Assembly (NCBI GenBank): GCA_037444665.1
Contig: JBBILZ010000057.1
Location: forward strand, 1 to 13,839
Source: a candidate division WOR-3 bacterium
Lineage (GTDB): Bacteria; Hydrothermota; Tepidihabitantia; SM23-42; JAOAFX01
Reading direction: 5' to 3'
DNA: 13,839 nt
Shown here one piece after another: positions 1 through 10,804 of this stretch; position 1 is the first letter of the stretch, and every line of letters starts with the position of its first letter. Below the pieces are notes generated by a model. It was not told the origin of the DNA. It saw only the letters and a list, made by a program, of their open reading frames with translations, and did not search any database. The translations under genes and the position numbers were made by a program.

Positions 1-1062
1 GATATAGGCAGATTGCTTGAACATAAAAATCAAGGATTAAAAACTTATCAGAGGAAAGATATTGCGCCGGCAGTCATAAATACAGGCAGACCAAAAGTCC
101 ATCAAGAATTGACCGACCCCCGCATTATCTTTGGTAATGTGCTTGCAGAGATAGGTAGATTGAACCCTCCTAATACTATTGCCGTATTTGATTGTGACCT
201 TACTGATTCGGTAAAGACCAATAAATTTGGCAGCATTCTACCGCATAATTTCTTTGAAGCAGGGGTGAGTGAACATACTACTGCTACAATTGCCGGTGCA
301 CTTTCAATAAATGGTATAATTAGTATCTGGGCAGATTTTGGCGTATTTGCGATTGATGAGGTGTATAATCAGTTGCGACTGAATGATATAAATAACACAC
401 ATTTGAAAATATTTGCTACACACCTTGGCTATAATGTTGGACCAGATGGCAAAACACATCATTGTATTGATTATCTCGGACTTTTAAAAAACCTCTTTGG
501 ATTTAAGGTGGTTATTCCGGCTGACCCAAATCAAACTGACCATATTGTGCGCTATGTGATAAATCAGCCCGGAAACTGGGTTATCGGAGTGGGACGAACA
601 AAATTTCCAATAATAAAAAATATCAATGGTGAAATTTATTTTGCAGAAGATTATAAATTTGAATATGGTCGGGCTGATTTGATCAGAGATGGTGATGCCT
701 GTGCAATTTTTGCTATGGGTTTTATGGTTCATAAGGCAATTGAGGCATACAATATCCTGAAAGAACAGGGTATAAAAATTAGAGTATACAACCTGGCAAC
801 ACCATTTGCCATTGATACAAATTTAATAAAAGAAGCAGCAGAGACCGGGCTTATTATTACATACGAAGACCATATTGTTCATAGTGGTATTGGTAGTATT
901 ATTGCCCAAATCATTGCTGAACAAAATATCAAAACAAAGTTTATCAAAATTGGTATAGACCAGTATGGTGGCTCAGATGAGCCAGAGGCATTATATCGTA
1001 AATATTCTCTAAATACCGAGGCACTTGTTGCACACCTTCTTTCTCATTTGAAACATCGTTGA
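1..1062 (+). CDS. tkt: Transketolase, pyrimidine-binding plus C-terminal domains (5'-truncated by the window edge; probably a fused full-length transketolase)
   Basis: Frame is open from base 1 (DIGRLLEH...), so the TTG at 13 is probably not the real start. Motifs DCDLTDS, FFEAGVSEH, GPDGKTHH, VVIPAD and EDH..SGIGS are typical of Transket_pyr/Transketolase_C. Confidence 0.88.
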   Translation, partial: DIGRLLEHKNQGLKTYQRKDIAPAVINTGRPKVHQELTDPRIIFGNVLAEIGRLNPPNTIAVFDCDLTDSVKTNKFGSILPHNFFEAGVSEHTTATIAGALSINGIISIWADFGVFAIDEVYNQLRLNDINNTHLKIFATHLGYNVGPDGKTHHCIDYLGLLKNLFGFKVVIPADPNQTDHIVRYVINQPGNWVIGVGRTKFPIIKNINGEIYFAEDYKFEYGRADLIRDGDACAIFAMGFMVHKAIEAYNILKEQGIKIRVYNLATPFAIDTNLIKEAAETGLIITYEDHIVHSGIGSIIAQIIAEQNIKTKFIKIGIDQYGGSDEPEALYRKYSLNTEALVAHLLSHLKHR

Positions 1063-1121
1063 TCTATCCACCACTTTTTTGTAAAAGATTTAAATCCATA
1101 TTACTCATATGAATTTGCCCC

Positions 1122-1150
1122 TTGCATTTTTGGTTTAAATTGTGTATAAT
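1122..1150 (+). promoter_or_regulatory. Sigma70-type promoter for the DUF6922/AbiEii pair
   Basis: TTGCAT (1122-1127), 17-bp spacer, TATAAT (1145-1150); ATG follows at 1158 with no SD. Confidence 0.6.
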
Positions 1151-1157
1151 TTATTAA

Positions 1158-1460
1158 ATGAAAAAAATCCCTAAATTTTTAAAAAAATATTTTTGGGAGA
1201 TAAAATTCCAAGATTTAGATATTTATAAGTCTCGCATTTATGTTCTCAGACGGATTTTAGAATATGGTGACGAAGAAGCTGTAGCTTGGTTATGGCGTAA
1301 TTTTAAAAAATCAGAGATAAAAAATGTTCTGATGAATTACCGCGGTTTTTCGCAAAAGAGTGCTAATTACTGGGCTATTGTATTAGATTTACCAAAGAAG
1401 AAGGTTCCATGCTTGAACAGACACTCACCAAAAGAACAAAAGAGAATCTGGCCATATTAG
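1158..1460 (+). CDS. DUF6922-like small protein, putative antitoxin/partner of AbiEii
   Basis: Pattern LKKYFWE...YVLRRILEYGDEEAVAWL matches my recollection of DUF6922 proteins, which typically precede AbiEii genes; overlaps the next ORF by 52 nt. Confidence 0.7.
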   Translation: MKKIPKFLKKYFWEIKFQDLDIYKSRIYVLRRILEYGDEEAVAWLWRNFKKSEIKNVLMNYRGFSQKSANYWAIVLDLPKKKVPCLNRHSPKEQKRIWPY

Positions 1461-2032
1461 GTAGTTCAAAAATTTTGGAAAATGCTTACTTAGCTGGCGG
1501 CACGGCCGTTGCCCTCCAGTTGGGTCACCGTATTTCCATAGACCTGGATTTTTTTACCGCTAAAGATTTTGTTCCTAAAATATTCTCAGCAAAGTTATCC
1601 AAATTAGGGGTATTTAATGAGGAACAGGCAAATAAAGGAACAGTCTTGGGAAGATTCAGAGGAATAAGATTCAGTTTATTTGTTTATAGATATCCTTTAC
1701 TTTTCCCACCGCTAAGATACCAATCGTTAAATATAGCTGATATACGAGACATCGCTGCGATGAAAGTAGATGCAATAACAACCCGTGGGTTAAAAAGAGA
1801 TTTTATTGACTTATATTTTATATGTAAATGCGGCTATCAGTTGACTGAGATATTAAATTTTTATGACAATAAGTATAAAAATTTGGCTTCTAATTTGATC
1901 CATATTCAAAAAAGTTTAGTTTTTTTTAATGATGCAGAGCCTGATGAAATGCCTCAAATGATAAAATCAGTGAATTGGGAGGATGTGAAAAAATATTTTG
2001 AAAGAGAAATAAAGAAATTGGCGATCAAATAA
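1409..2032 (+). CDS. Nucleotidyltransferase AbiEii/AbiGii toxin family protein
   Basis: YLAGGTAVALQLGHRISIDLDFF (GG..R.S.DLD NTase signature) and RGLKRDFIDLYFI (K/R-D-x-x-D motif). Confidence 0.88.
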   Translation: MLEQTLTKRTKENLAILGSSKILENAYLAGGTAVALQLGHRISIDLDFFTAKDFVPKIFSAKLSKLGVFNEEQANKGTVLGRFRGIRFSLFVYRYPLLFPPLRYQSLNIADIRDIAAMKVDAITTRGLKRDFIDLYFICKCGYQLTEILNFYDNKYKNLASNLIHIQKSLVFFNDAEPDEMPQMIKSVNWEDVKKYFEREIKKLAIK

Positions 2033-2082
2033 CTTCATCAAAGCAATCTCTTTTAATTCGCTTTGGTTATAAAGAAATAGTC

Positions 2083-3795
2083 CTATTCAAAAAATTGGTC
2101 TCGATTATCAACAATCTTTTTGGGTGTAAAGATGGACTGGCTGAGATTCTGTAGTCTGATCTGCCTTCGGTATTGTAAATAATTAACCAGAGTGGAATCA
2201 AAAGGAAGCATACTCTTTTTATCACAGCGGATTATATATCCTGCCCATTCTGTAAGGAGCGGTTTTGATATCTGTCCCTGTTCCAGCCCGGCAAGGACGC
2301 CTGCAAATTCCATCCCATATTTTGTTTCAATGTCCGCAAGCGAAAGATTAATAATACCACTCTGAAGATACAATAATGTATCTTTTACTGCAATCTGCTC
2401 AAGTGTAGTTCCTGACTGAAGCTGGTTAGATATATCATTGAGATATTCACCAAGCAGGATTTTTAATTTTTCTCTTTCATACCTTGCCCGAATAATATTT
2501 TTATCATTATCATTATCTAAACTTAAAACTTTCCCGGGAATGATTGAATCAAGGGTAAATAGATAATAGCCTCCAAAACTGCTGAAAGGTCCGATAACTT
2601 CGTTGGGTTTCAGCCCTTTTTTTAAAACTTTTGCCAGTCCTTCTGGGTTGCGCACTGGAAAATTTAATTTTTCTGGAGTTAACGGGTGTGTTGAATGAAC
2701 CGTCAGATTAAAATCCTTTGCCGCATCTTCAAAACCCATCTCCTTTGCTGAGACCTTAAATGATTCTATGCGATCATTCAATTCTCCCAGAGTGGTGGAA
2801 GAGACATTGATGTTAACCTTTACTAAATAGATATGACCTTTTTGCACACGTTTTATAATCTCAAAACCACGGGAGGACAGGATTATGTTTGAGACTTCAC
2901 CATCTTTTAATTTTTTATAAACTTCAGCCTCATACTGCATCAATTCATTTTCATCTTTAAATTTTTTTTCAATCAATGTGTCATCTGAGACCTCCCGCGC
3001 TACGGTTAAGAAATCCTCACCTTCTTTAATTCGCAATAAGAAATCATCAAGCCTTTCTCTTGCTTCTGTTGTATCATCACGGGAAGGAATTCTTTCAAAA
3101 AATACATATTTTAGAACCTTGGATTCAGGATAAGTGAAGTCCTTTTTATGTGCGGCATAGTAGTTTTTTAAATCTTCATCATTGATAACAATTTTGCTCC
3201 TGATACGAAAAAGTGGTAAACTCAAAAAAGAAAAATCATAGATTCCCAATTGTTTTGCCATCATTACACTGTCCTCAAAAGGAGAAGCCCATGCCATAGT
3301 AAATATCAGGGAACGTAATTTTTCCTTTGGTAATTCCTTACGCAGATTGAACTCATATTCTAAAAGCCATTGCCTGCTCTGGGGTGCCTTTAATAGGTCA
3401 AGGTATTTGTTATAGTCAAAATTACCTGCACTATCCCTCATATATTCAGATTCATAGATTGGTTTGGGCGGATTGTTTTTGATAATTGCCCAGATCTCTT
3501 CATCCACTGCCCTGATATTCTCCTTTTTAATCAAATTATTCCACATAACTTCATCTATCATTAAACTCCAGATTTCATCGTGCGATATACCCCGATTCTC
3601 CTTTTCTTTATTCTGCACAAAGCGGACATAATCAGTATAAGAAACAGGGATACCATCAACCTCAACAATATTAACCTCTTTGCGTCCACTTATACCCGTA
3701 ATATCAAGTCCCCATTGAAAGAATATTAATAAGACGAATGAAGCAACCACAATAAATAATATAATCCGCGTATTGCGGCGAAAATTTTGCATCAT
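2083..3795 (-). CDS. PpiD/SurA-family membrane-anchored periplasmic chaperone (SurA N-terminal domain plus degenerate rotamase)
   Basis: N-terminus MMQNFRRNTRIILFIVVASFVLLIFFQWG (PpiD-like TM anchor); F..VAREVSDD and GEVSN rotamase-like segments; C-terminal IVDNRDQFF; GGAGG SD on the minus strand at 3801-3805. Confidence 0.82.
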   Translation of the reverse strand: MMQNFRRNTRIILFIVVASFVLLIFFQWGLDITGISGRKEVNIVEVDGIPVSYTDYVRFVQNKEKENRGISHDEIWSLMIDEVMWNNLIKKENIRAVDEEIWAIIKNNPPKPIYESEYMRDSAGNFDYNKYLDLLKAPQSRQWLLEYEFNLRKELPKEKLRSLIFTMAWASPFEDSVMMAKQLGIYDFSFLSLPLFRIRSKIVINDEDLKNYYAAHKKDFTYPESKVLKYVFFERIPSRDDTTEARERLDDFLLRIKEGEDFLTVAREVSDDTLIEKKFKDENELMQYEAEVYKKLKDGEVSNIILSSRGFEIIKRVQKGHIYLVKVNINVSSTTLGELNDRIESFKVSAKEMGFEDAAKDFNLTVHSTHPLTPEKLNFPVRNPEGLAKVLKKGLKPNEVIGPFSSFGGYYLFTLDSIIPGKVLSLDNDNDKNIIRARYEREKLKILLGEYLNDISNQLQSGTTLEQIAVKDTLLYLQSGIINLSLADIETKYGMEFAGVLAGLEQGQISKPLLTEWAGYIIRCDKKSMLPFDSTLVNYLQYRRQIRLQNLSQSIFTPKKIVDNRDQFFE

Positions 3796-3818
3796 AAATG
3801 CCTCCGTATCATATTTTT

Positions 3819-3846
3819 ATTCTAATCAAAAATTCAACAAAGTCAA
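3819..3846 (-). promoter_or_regulatory. Sigma70-type promoter for the ppiD/surA-like gene
   Basis: Minus strand: TTGACT (3846-3841), 16-bp spacer, TAGAAT (3824-3819). Confidence 0.55.
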
Positions 3847-3871
3847 GGGAATGAAACTCTGCACTTTTCTC

Positions 3872-3899
3872 TTGATTTTTTTTAAAATTTTTATATAAT
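3872..3899 (+). promoter_or_regulatory. Sigma70-type promoter for the atp operon (divergent from ppiD)
   Basis: TTGATT (3872-3877), 16-bp spacer, TATAAT (3894-3899); atpB ATG at 3908. Confidence 0.55.
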
Positions 3900-3907
3900 A
3901 ACATTCT

Positions 3908-4741
3908 ATGCATATTTCAATTGCGGCAGAAGAACTCTTTAAAATTGGTTCTCTACCGGTTACAAATTCTCTTCTCGTTACTTATATTACAATTTTATTA
4001 TTTATAATAATAGTGGCTTTGATCCGGGCAAAGAAGAATATTATTCCTGTGGGTTTGCAGAATGTTGTAGAATACATAATGGAATATTTTTATAACCTCA
4101 TCTGCGAGGTCTTTGGCAGTGAAGAAAAAGGGAGGAAGTTCTTTCCTCTGGTGATGACAATCTTCTTATTTGTTTTAATAATCAACTGGTTTGGTCTGTT
4201 GCCTGGCGTGGGTTCTATTGGTTTTTATCGCAAGGCAGAGCATAATGTAGAAGTCGTTGAAGAACAGGTGGCGAAAGAAGTAAAAGAAGAACATAGTGAA
4301 ACTGAAATTGAACATAGTGAGCAAGAAAAAGGGCATAATATGGTCTTTGTCCCTCTGTTTCGTGGTGCCTCAGCAGACCTGAATACAACATTAGCTCTGG
4401 CATTGATTTCAGTAATCTTTACACAGATTTACAGCATCCAGATTCTGGGGTTTAAGGGATTTTTAAAACGGTTCATTAAACTGAAAAATCCAATAATGTT
4501 TTTTGTAGGAATACTGGAGTTGATTGCTGAGATTGCCAAGATAATTTCATTCAGTTTCCGTCTTTTTGGCAATATCTTTGCCGGTGAGGTATTATTAACA
4601 GTGATGCTCTTTTTATTACCATTTGTTGTTCCTTTACCATTCCTTGCCCTTGAAATATTTGTTGGGGTTATTCAGGCAATAATCTTTTCATTTCTCACCC
4701 TATTTTTCATAAAAATTGCAACGAGTGAGGAAGAACATTAA
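3908..4741 (+). CDS. atpB: F0F1 ATP synthase subunit a
   Basis: Hydrophobic; [31 protein letters not shown] (essential Arg) and [10 protein letters not shown] motifs. Confidence 0.97.
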   Translation: MHISIAAEELFKIGSLPVTNSLLVTYITILLFIIIVALIRAKKNIIPVGLQNVVEYIMEYFYNLICEVFGSEEKGRKFFPLVMTIFLFVLIINWFGLLPGVGSIGFYRKAEHNVEVVEEQVAKEVKEEHSETEIEHSEQEKGHNMVFVPLFRGASADLNTTLALALISVIFTQIYSIQILGFKGFLKRFIKLKNPIMFFVGILELIAEIAKIISFSFRLFGNIFAGEVLLTVMLFLLPFVVPLPFLALEIFVGVIQAIIFSFLTLFFIKIATSEEEH

Positions 4742-4836
4742 CTGATGGTTATTAAGTTTGGGTTGGGAAGCATGATAGTTTTGATTATGATTGGCCAGCG
4801 TCCTAACCATAACCACTATACTATCTTTTCTTTTAA

Positions 4837-5079
<243 letters not shown>

Positions 5080-5081
5080 CT

Positions 5082-5606
5082 ATGGAAGTCCTTGGTAAAC
5101 TTGGAATAAATCCACTCCTGCTCATTGCTCAGATTGTTAATTTTTTGATTCTTTTATGGTTATTAAATCGTTTTCTCTACAAACCAATCCTGAAACTCTT
5201 TAAAGACCGCTCAAGCAAGATAGAGGACGGCATAAAGACTGCTGAAAATTTAAAAAAACAGGCAGCTGAAGCAGAGGAGCGGCACAAGCAGTATCTTGAT
5301 GAAGCAAGAAAAGAGGCGCATAGAATAATTGAGCAGGCAACAAAATTAGGGGACGAGGAGAAGAAAAAGATAATTGAAATGGCGAACGAAGAGGCAAGAA
5401 AGATTGTGGATAAAACAATGCAGGAGATCAATGCAGAAAAACAGAATATAATGTCGGAAATAAAGAAAGAAGTGGGCGAAATGGTTGTTGCACTCAGTTC
5501 TTCAATGATAAAAAAGAAACTGGACGAGACATCACAGCGTACACTGATTGAAGAAGCAATAAAAGAAGTGGAGAAAGAACTTGAGAAAACGACCACCAGT
5601 AAATAA
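5082..5606 (+). CDS. atpF: F0F1 ATP synthase subunit b
   Basis: N-terminal TM with AQIVNFLILLWLL..FLYKPI, then a long charged coiled coil; operon position. Confidence 0.95.
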   Translation: MEVLGKLGINPLLLIAQIVNFLILLWLLNRFLYKPILKLFKDRSSKIEDGIKTAENLKKQAAEAEERHKQYLDEARKEAHRIIEQATKLGDEEKKKIIEMANEEARKIVDKTMQEINAEKQNIMSEIKKEVGEMVVALSSSMIKKKLDETSQRTLIEEAIKEVEKELEKTTTSK

Positions 5607-5658
5607 TCAGCCACAAAAGAGAACGGTTCACGAACAAAAAGAGTTAAGCGGACAGGAT

Positions 5659-6132
5659 ATGGAACTGGATAATATTCTTACTGAATTAGAACTCGTTAAT
5701 TCTTCATTTCGCTCATCATTAAAACTCCGCGGTTATCTGGAAAATCCCCGTATCTCATTTACTGAAAAAAAGAAGACCCTGCAAGAATTATTCAAAGATT
5801 ACATAAGTCCCAGGGCTTACGATTTTGTATTTCTTTTATTACGAACCAATGCCTTATCAAGTCTCAGTGATATTTTAAGAAATTATCAATTGACCAGGGT
5901 TGATACCGGGATTCTTGAAATTGAAGTTAAGACATCAATTCCACTGACCAATGAAGAAAAAGAATTGTTAATTACAACCTTTAGCCGTAAATTGAAGAAG
6001 CCTGTGCATATCAAAAATATAATTGACCCGGAAATAATTGGAGGGATGGTGATAAAAACTGGTGATTTGATGATTGATGCAAGCCTTCGGGCAAAGATTC
6101 AGGGATTATTAAAAAAATTGAAACAAGGATGA
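5659..6132 (+). CDS. atpH: F0F1 ATP synthase subunit delta (short N-terminus; start uncertain, frame open from 5581)
   Basis: L.NPRI...[10 protein letters not shown] and [26 protein letters not shown]/delta motifs; first ATG at 5659. Confidence 0.88.
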   Translation: MELDNILTELELVNSSFRSSLKLRGYLENPRISFTEKKKTLQELFKDYISPRAYDFVFLLLRTNALSSLSDILRNYQLTRVDTGILEIEVKTSIPLTNEEKELLITTFSRKLKKPVHIKNIIDPEIIGGMVIKTGDLMIDASLRAKIQGLLKKLKQG

Positions 6133-6139
6133 TGATTAT

Positions 6140-7651
6140 ATGAGTAAGGATATAAAAGAAAAACTATTAAATGAATTGAAAAAAGATTTGCTTGAGTTTG
6201 AAAAGAAGGTGCAGGTAGAAAGGGTGGGAACAGTCTCTGAGATCGGTGATGGAGTTGCCCATATCTATGGACTACAGGATTGTTTTGCCTCTGAAATGCT
6301 TGAGTTTTCAGGTGGTGTTTTTGGTGTTGCCTTAAATCTACTTGAGGACCGCATTGGTGCAATTGTGCTTGGTGATTATGAAAAGATTAAAGAAGGGGAT
6401 GTTGTTAAGGGAACGGGCAGGATACTTGAGGTAGGGGTCGGTGAAAATCTGCTTGGTCGGGTGATAAATCCGCTCTGTGAACCACTTGATGGTAAAGGTG
6501 CAATTAAACCTGCAACATATTATCCAGTAGAAAAGATTGCGCCCAGGGTGATTTTGCGCGAACCTGTTGTAAAACCTCTACAGACCGGTATTAAGGCAAT
6601 AGATAGTATGATTCCTATTGGCAGGGGACAGCGTGAATTGATCATTGGCGACCGTCAGACCGGCAAGACCGCAATTGCCATTGATACGATAATTAATCAA
6701 AAATATGAAGATGTCTTTTGTATCTATGTTTCCATTGGACAGAAAGAATCAAAACTCGCAAGGATCGTTGCGGAGCTGGAAAGGTATGGTGCAATGGACT
6801 ACACAATTGTCGTTGCTGCCTGTTCTTCTGACCCGGCATCATTGTGGTATATTGCACCCTATGCTGGATGTGCAATGGGTGAGTATTTTATGGATAAAGG
6901 CAAGGATGCCCTTTTGATTTATGATGACCTTTCCAAACATGCCTGGGCATATCGTCAGATTTCTCTATTATTGCGCAGACCACCAGGTAGAGAAGCATAT
7001 CCTGGGGATATCTTTTATCTACATTCAAGGCTCCTGGAAAGAGCAGCAAAGTTGAATAAAGAACATGGCGGTGGTTCTTTAACCGCATTGCCAATAATTG
7101 AAACCCAGGCAGGAGATATTACTTCATATATTCCGACCAATGTTATTTCAATTACTGATGGTCAGATCTATCTTGAACCTGAACTGTTTTATCAGGGCAT
7201 CAGACCTGCCATCAATGTGGGATTATCTGTATCAAGGGTCGGTTCAAGTGCTCAGATAAAGGCGATGAAAAAAGTAGCAGGGAAATTGAGACTTGACCTT
7301 GCCCAGTATCGTGAAATGGCAGCATTTGCTGAATTTGCCAGTGACCTGGATGAGGCAACGAGGAAACAGTTGACCCGGGGCAAGGTGATGACCGAAATTT
7401 TGAAACAGGGACAGTATGTCCCGATGTCTGTGGAAAAACAGGTAATGATTATCTATGCTGGAACATCGGGTATGCTGGATGATATTCCAGTTGATAAAGT
7501 AAAAAAGTTTGAAGATGAATTTTTGAGATATATGGATACGACCCATCCTGAGATTGGTAAAAAAATAAAAGAATCAAAAGAACTTGATGAAGAGACCGAA
7601 AAGAAACTTACTCAAGCAATCACAGAATTCAAAGGGATATTTTCTAAATGA
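6140..7651 (+). CDS. atpA: F1 ATP synthase subunit alpha
   Basis: GDRQTGKT Walker [11 protein letters not shown] and [13 protein letters not shown]. Confidence 0.99.
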   Translation: MSKDIKEKLLNELKKDLLEFEKKVQVERVGTVSEIGDGVAHIYGLQDCFASEMLEFSGGVFGVALNLLEDRIGAIVLGDYEKIKEGDVVKGTGRILEVGVGENLLGRVINPLCEPLDGKGAIKPATYYPVEKIAPRVILREPVVKPLQTGIKAIDSMIPIGRGQRELIIGDRQTGKTAIAIDTIINQKYEDVFCIYVSIGQKESKLARIVAELERYGAMDYTIVVAACSSDPASLWYIAPYAGCAMGEYFMDKGKDALLIYDDLSKHAWAYRQISLLLRRPPGREAYPGDIFYLHSRLLERAAKLNKEHGGGSLTALPIIETQAGDITSYIPTNVISITDGQIYLEPELFYQGIRPAINVGLSVSRVGSSAQIKAMKKVAGKLRLDLAQYREMAAFAEFASDLDEATRKQLTRGKVMTEILKQGQYVPMSVEKQVMIIYAGTSGMLDDIPVDKVKKFEDEFLRYMDTTHPEIGKKIKESKELDEETEKKLTQAITEFKGIFSK

Positions 7652-7653
7652 AA

Positions 7654-7685
7654 ATTTGGGATTTGGTGCTTGGGATTTGGGATTT
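7654..7685. repeat. Short tandem heptamer repeat (ATTTGGG-like, ~4.5 copies) between atpA and atpG
   Basis: ATTTGGG ATTTGGT GCTTGGG ATTTGGG ATTT. Confidence 0.85.
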
Positions 7686-7693
7686 AAATTATT

Positions 7694-8554
7694 ATGGCAT
7701 CAGTTCGTGATATAAAAAGGCACATAAAATCAGTAAGCAATATTAAAAAAATCACCAGAACCATGCAGATGGTTGCTGGTGCAAAGATGCAAAAGACCTT
7801 TTCTGCGCTTCTTGCCTCAAGACCATATGCCCAGCTCGCCTGGAACCTCTTATTAAATCTTGCACCAAAGGCAGAAAGAGAACTACACCCTTTGCTTCAG
7901 GTAAGACCAATCAAAAATAGCTTAATTTTGATTATTACCTCGGACCGTGGGTTATGTGGAGCCTATAATATGAATTTGATCGGTGAGGCACTTAAAAACA
8001 TTTCAGATAAAGACCATTTTTATATTCTGCCAGTAGGTAAAAAAGGCAGGGATTTTTTTAGCCGGCGTGGTTATAAATTAATTGCTGAATTTACTGGATT
8101 GCCTGCGCCAGTTCCATTCATTAATGTGATACCGATCACCAAAATTATTATTGATGAATTTATCAATGGCAGTGTGGATGAAGTCAAATTAGTGTATAGC
8201 GATTATATATCAAATGTAACCCAAAGGCCCACAGTAGTAAGATTGTTACCTTTCCAACAGGAGAATCCTGAAGAGCCTTTTCTTGCGCAATTTGTTTATG
8301 AGCCATCACCAGCAGATGTTATTGCTACATTACTTGTGAGAATTATTGAATATAAAATCTATGCAGCAATTCTTGGATCACAATCATCAGAATTTGCGGC
8401 AAGGATGATGGCAATGAAGAATGCTACAGATAATGCCGAAAATTTGATTCAGAATTTGACCCTTTCTTATAATAAGGCAAGACAGGAAGGGATTACCAAA
8501 GAATTAACTGAACTTTCCACAACCAAAGCAGTGATAGAACAGCTTGGTACTTAA
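7694..8554 (+). CDS. atpG: F1 ATP synthase subunit gamma
   Basis: KITRTMQMVA, ITSDRGLCGAYN, ARMMAMKNATDNA and YNKARQEGITKEL. Confidence 0.98.
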   Translation: MASVRDIKRHIKSVSNIKKITRTMQMVAGAKMQKTFSALLASRPYAQLAWNLLLNLAPKAERELHPLLQVRPIKNSLILIITSDRGLCGAYNMNLIGEALKNISDKDHFYILPVGKKGRDFFSRRGYKLIAEFTGLPAPVPFINVIPITKIIIDEFINGSVDEVKLVYSDYISNVTQRPTVVRLLPFQQENPEEPFLAQFVYEPSPADVIATLLVRIIEYKIYAAILGSQSSEFAARMMAMKNATDNAENLIQNLTLSYNKARQEGITKELTELSTTKAVIEQLGT

Positions 8555-8569
8555 AATAGTAGGAGGTAA

Positions 8570-10347
<1,778 letters not shown>

Positions 10348-10390
10348 CCCCAACCGGGGTCAGAACTTAACACTTCACATCCACATATCT

Positions 10391-10444
10391 TCCCATTCCC
10401 TTATTCCCCCTTATTCCCCCTGATAACCCTTTATTACCCTTTCC
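10391..10444. repeat. C-rich ~10-bp tandem repeat downstream of atpC
   Basis: TCCCATTCCC TTATTCCCCC TTATTCCCCC TGATAACCCT TTATTACCCT TTCC. Confidence 0.8.
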
Positions 10445-10509
10445 ACCATAGGCGATACTGCGATTTCTGCCCTCTTTAACCTTCTTGAGCCATCTTTCGC
10501 CCTTTGTAG

Positions 10510-10647
10510 ACGAAAGATTGGCAAGAAGATTTAAAGTTGTTAAATAAGGCTAAACAGGGTCGTCCTTTTAAATATCCTGATAGTTTTATACTATTTTTCT
10601 TAAGGCTCAAATGTGCCTTGGTCGATGAGTTTAGCAAAGATGCGTAA
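10510..10647 (+). pseudogene. IS5-family transposase N-terminal fragment (remnant)
   Basis: Startless frame between stops reads TKDWQEDLKLLNKAKQGRPFKYPDSFILFFLRLKCA; resembles the W..EL..MN.GK.GRP(F/Y).YPDSFI N-terminal motif of IS5-family transposases common in archaea. No DDE domain or terminal IRs are visible. Confidence 0.65.
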
Positions 10648-10762
10648 GGAGAAGATGGAGGTTGTTAGGCGGTTAAAGAAGAGAAAAAGTGATAAGCGAT
10701 TAATGGTGCGGTATATAAAGACTTTATTTGTAAAGTGAATTATTCAACAAAGCAACTCGGAC

Positions 10763-10790
10763 TTGACAAATAACAAATTTTGAATAAAAT
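10763..10790 (+). promoter_or_regulatory. Sigma70-type promoter upstream of the 321-aa ORF
   Basis: TTGACA (10763-10768), 16-bp spacer, TAAAAT (10785-10790); ATG at 10805. Confidence 0.55.
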
Positions 10791-10804
10791 GTTTCCATAA
10801 GATT

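Noticed and set aside
1083..1095. AAAAGATTTAAAT BRE-TATA-like string after tkt
   Set aside because: No start codon of a supported gene at the expected distance and a good sigma70 promoter lies downstream. It shows such strings occur by chance in AT-rich DNA, which tempers the archaeal-promoter calls.
10626..10738. Short basic ORF MSLAKMRKEKMEVVRRLKKRKSDKRLMVRYIKTLFVK
   Set aside because: Under 40 aa with no recognisable motif; may be another gene scrap but cannot be supported.
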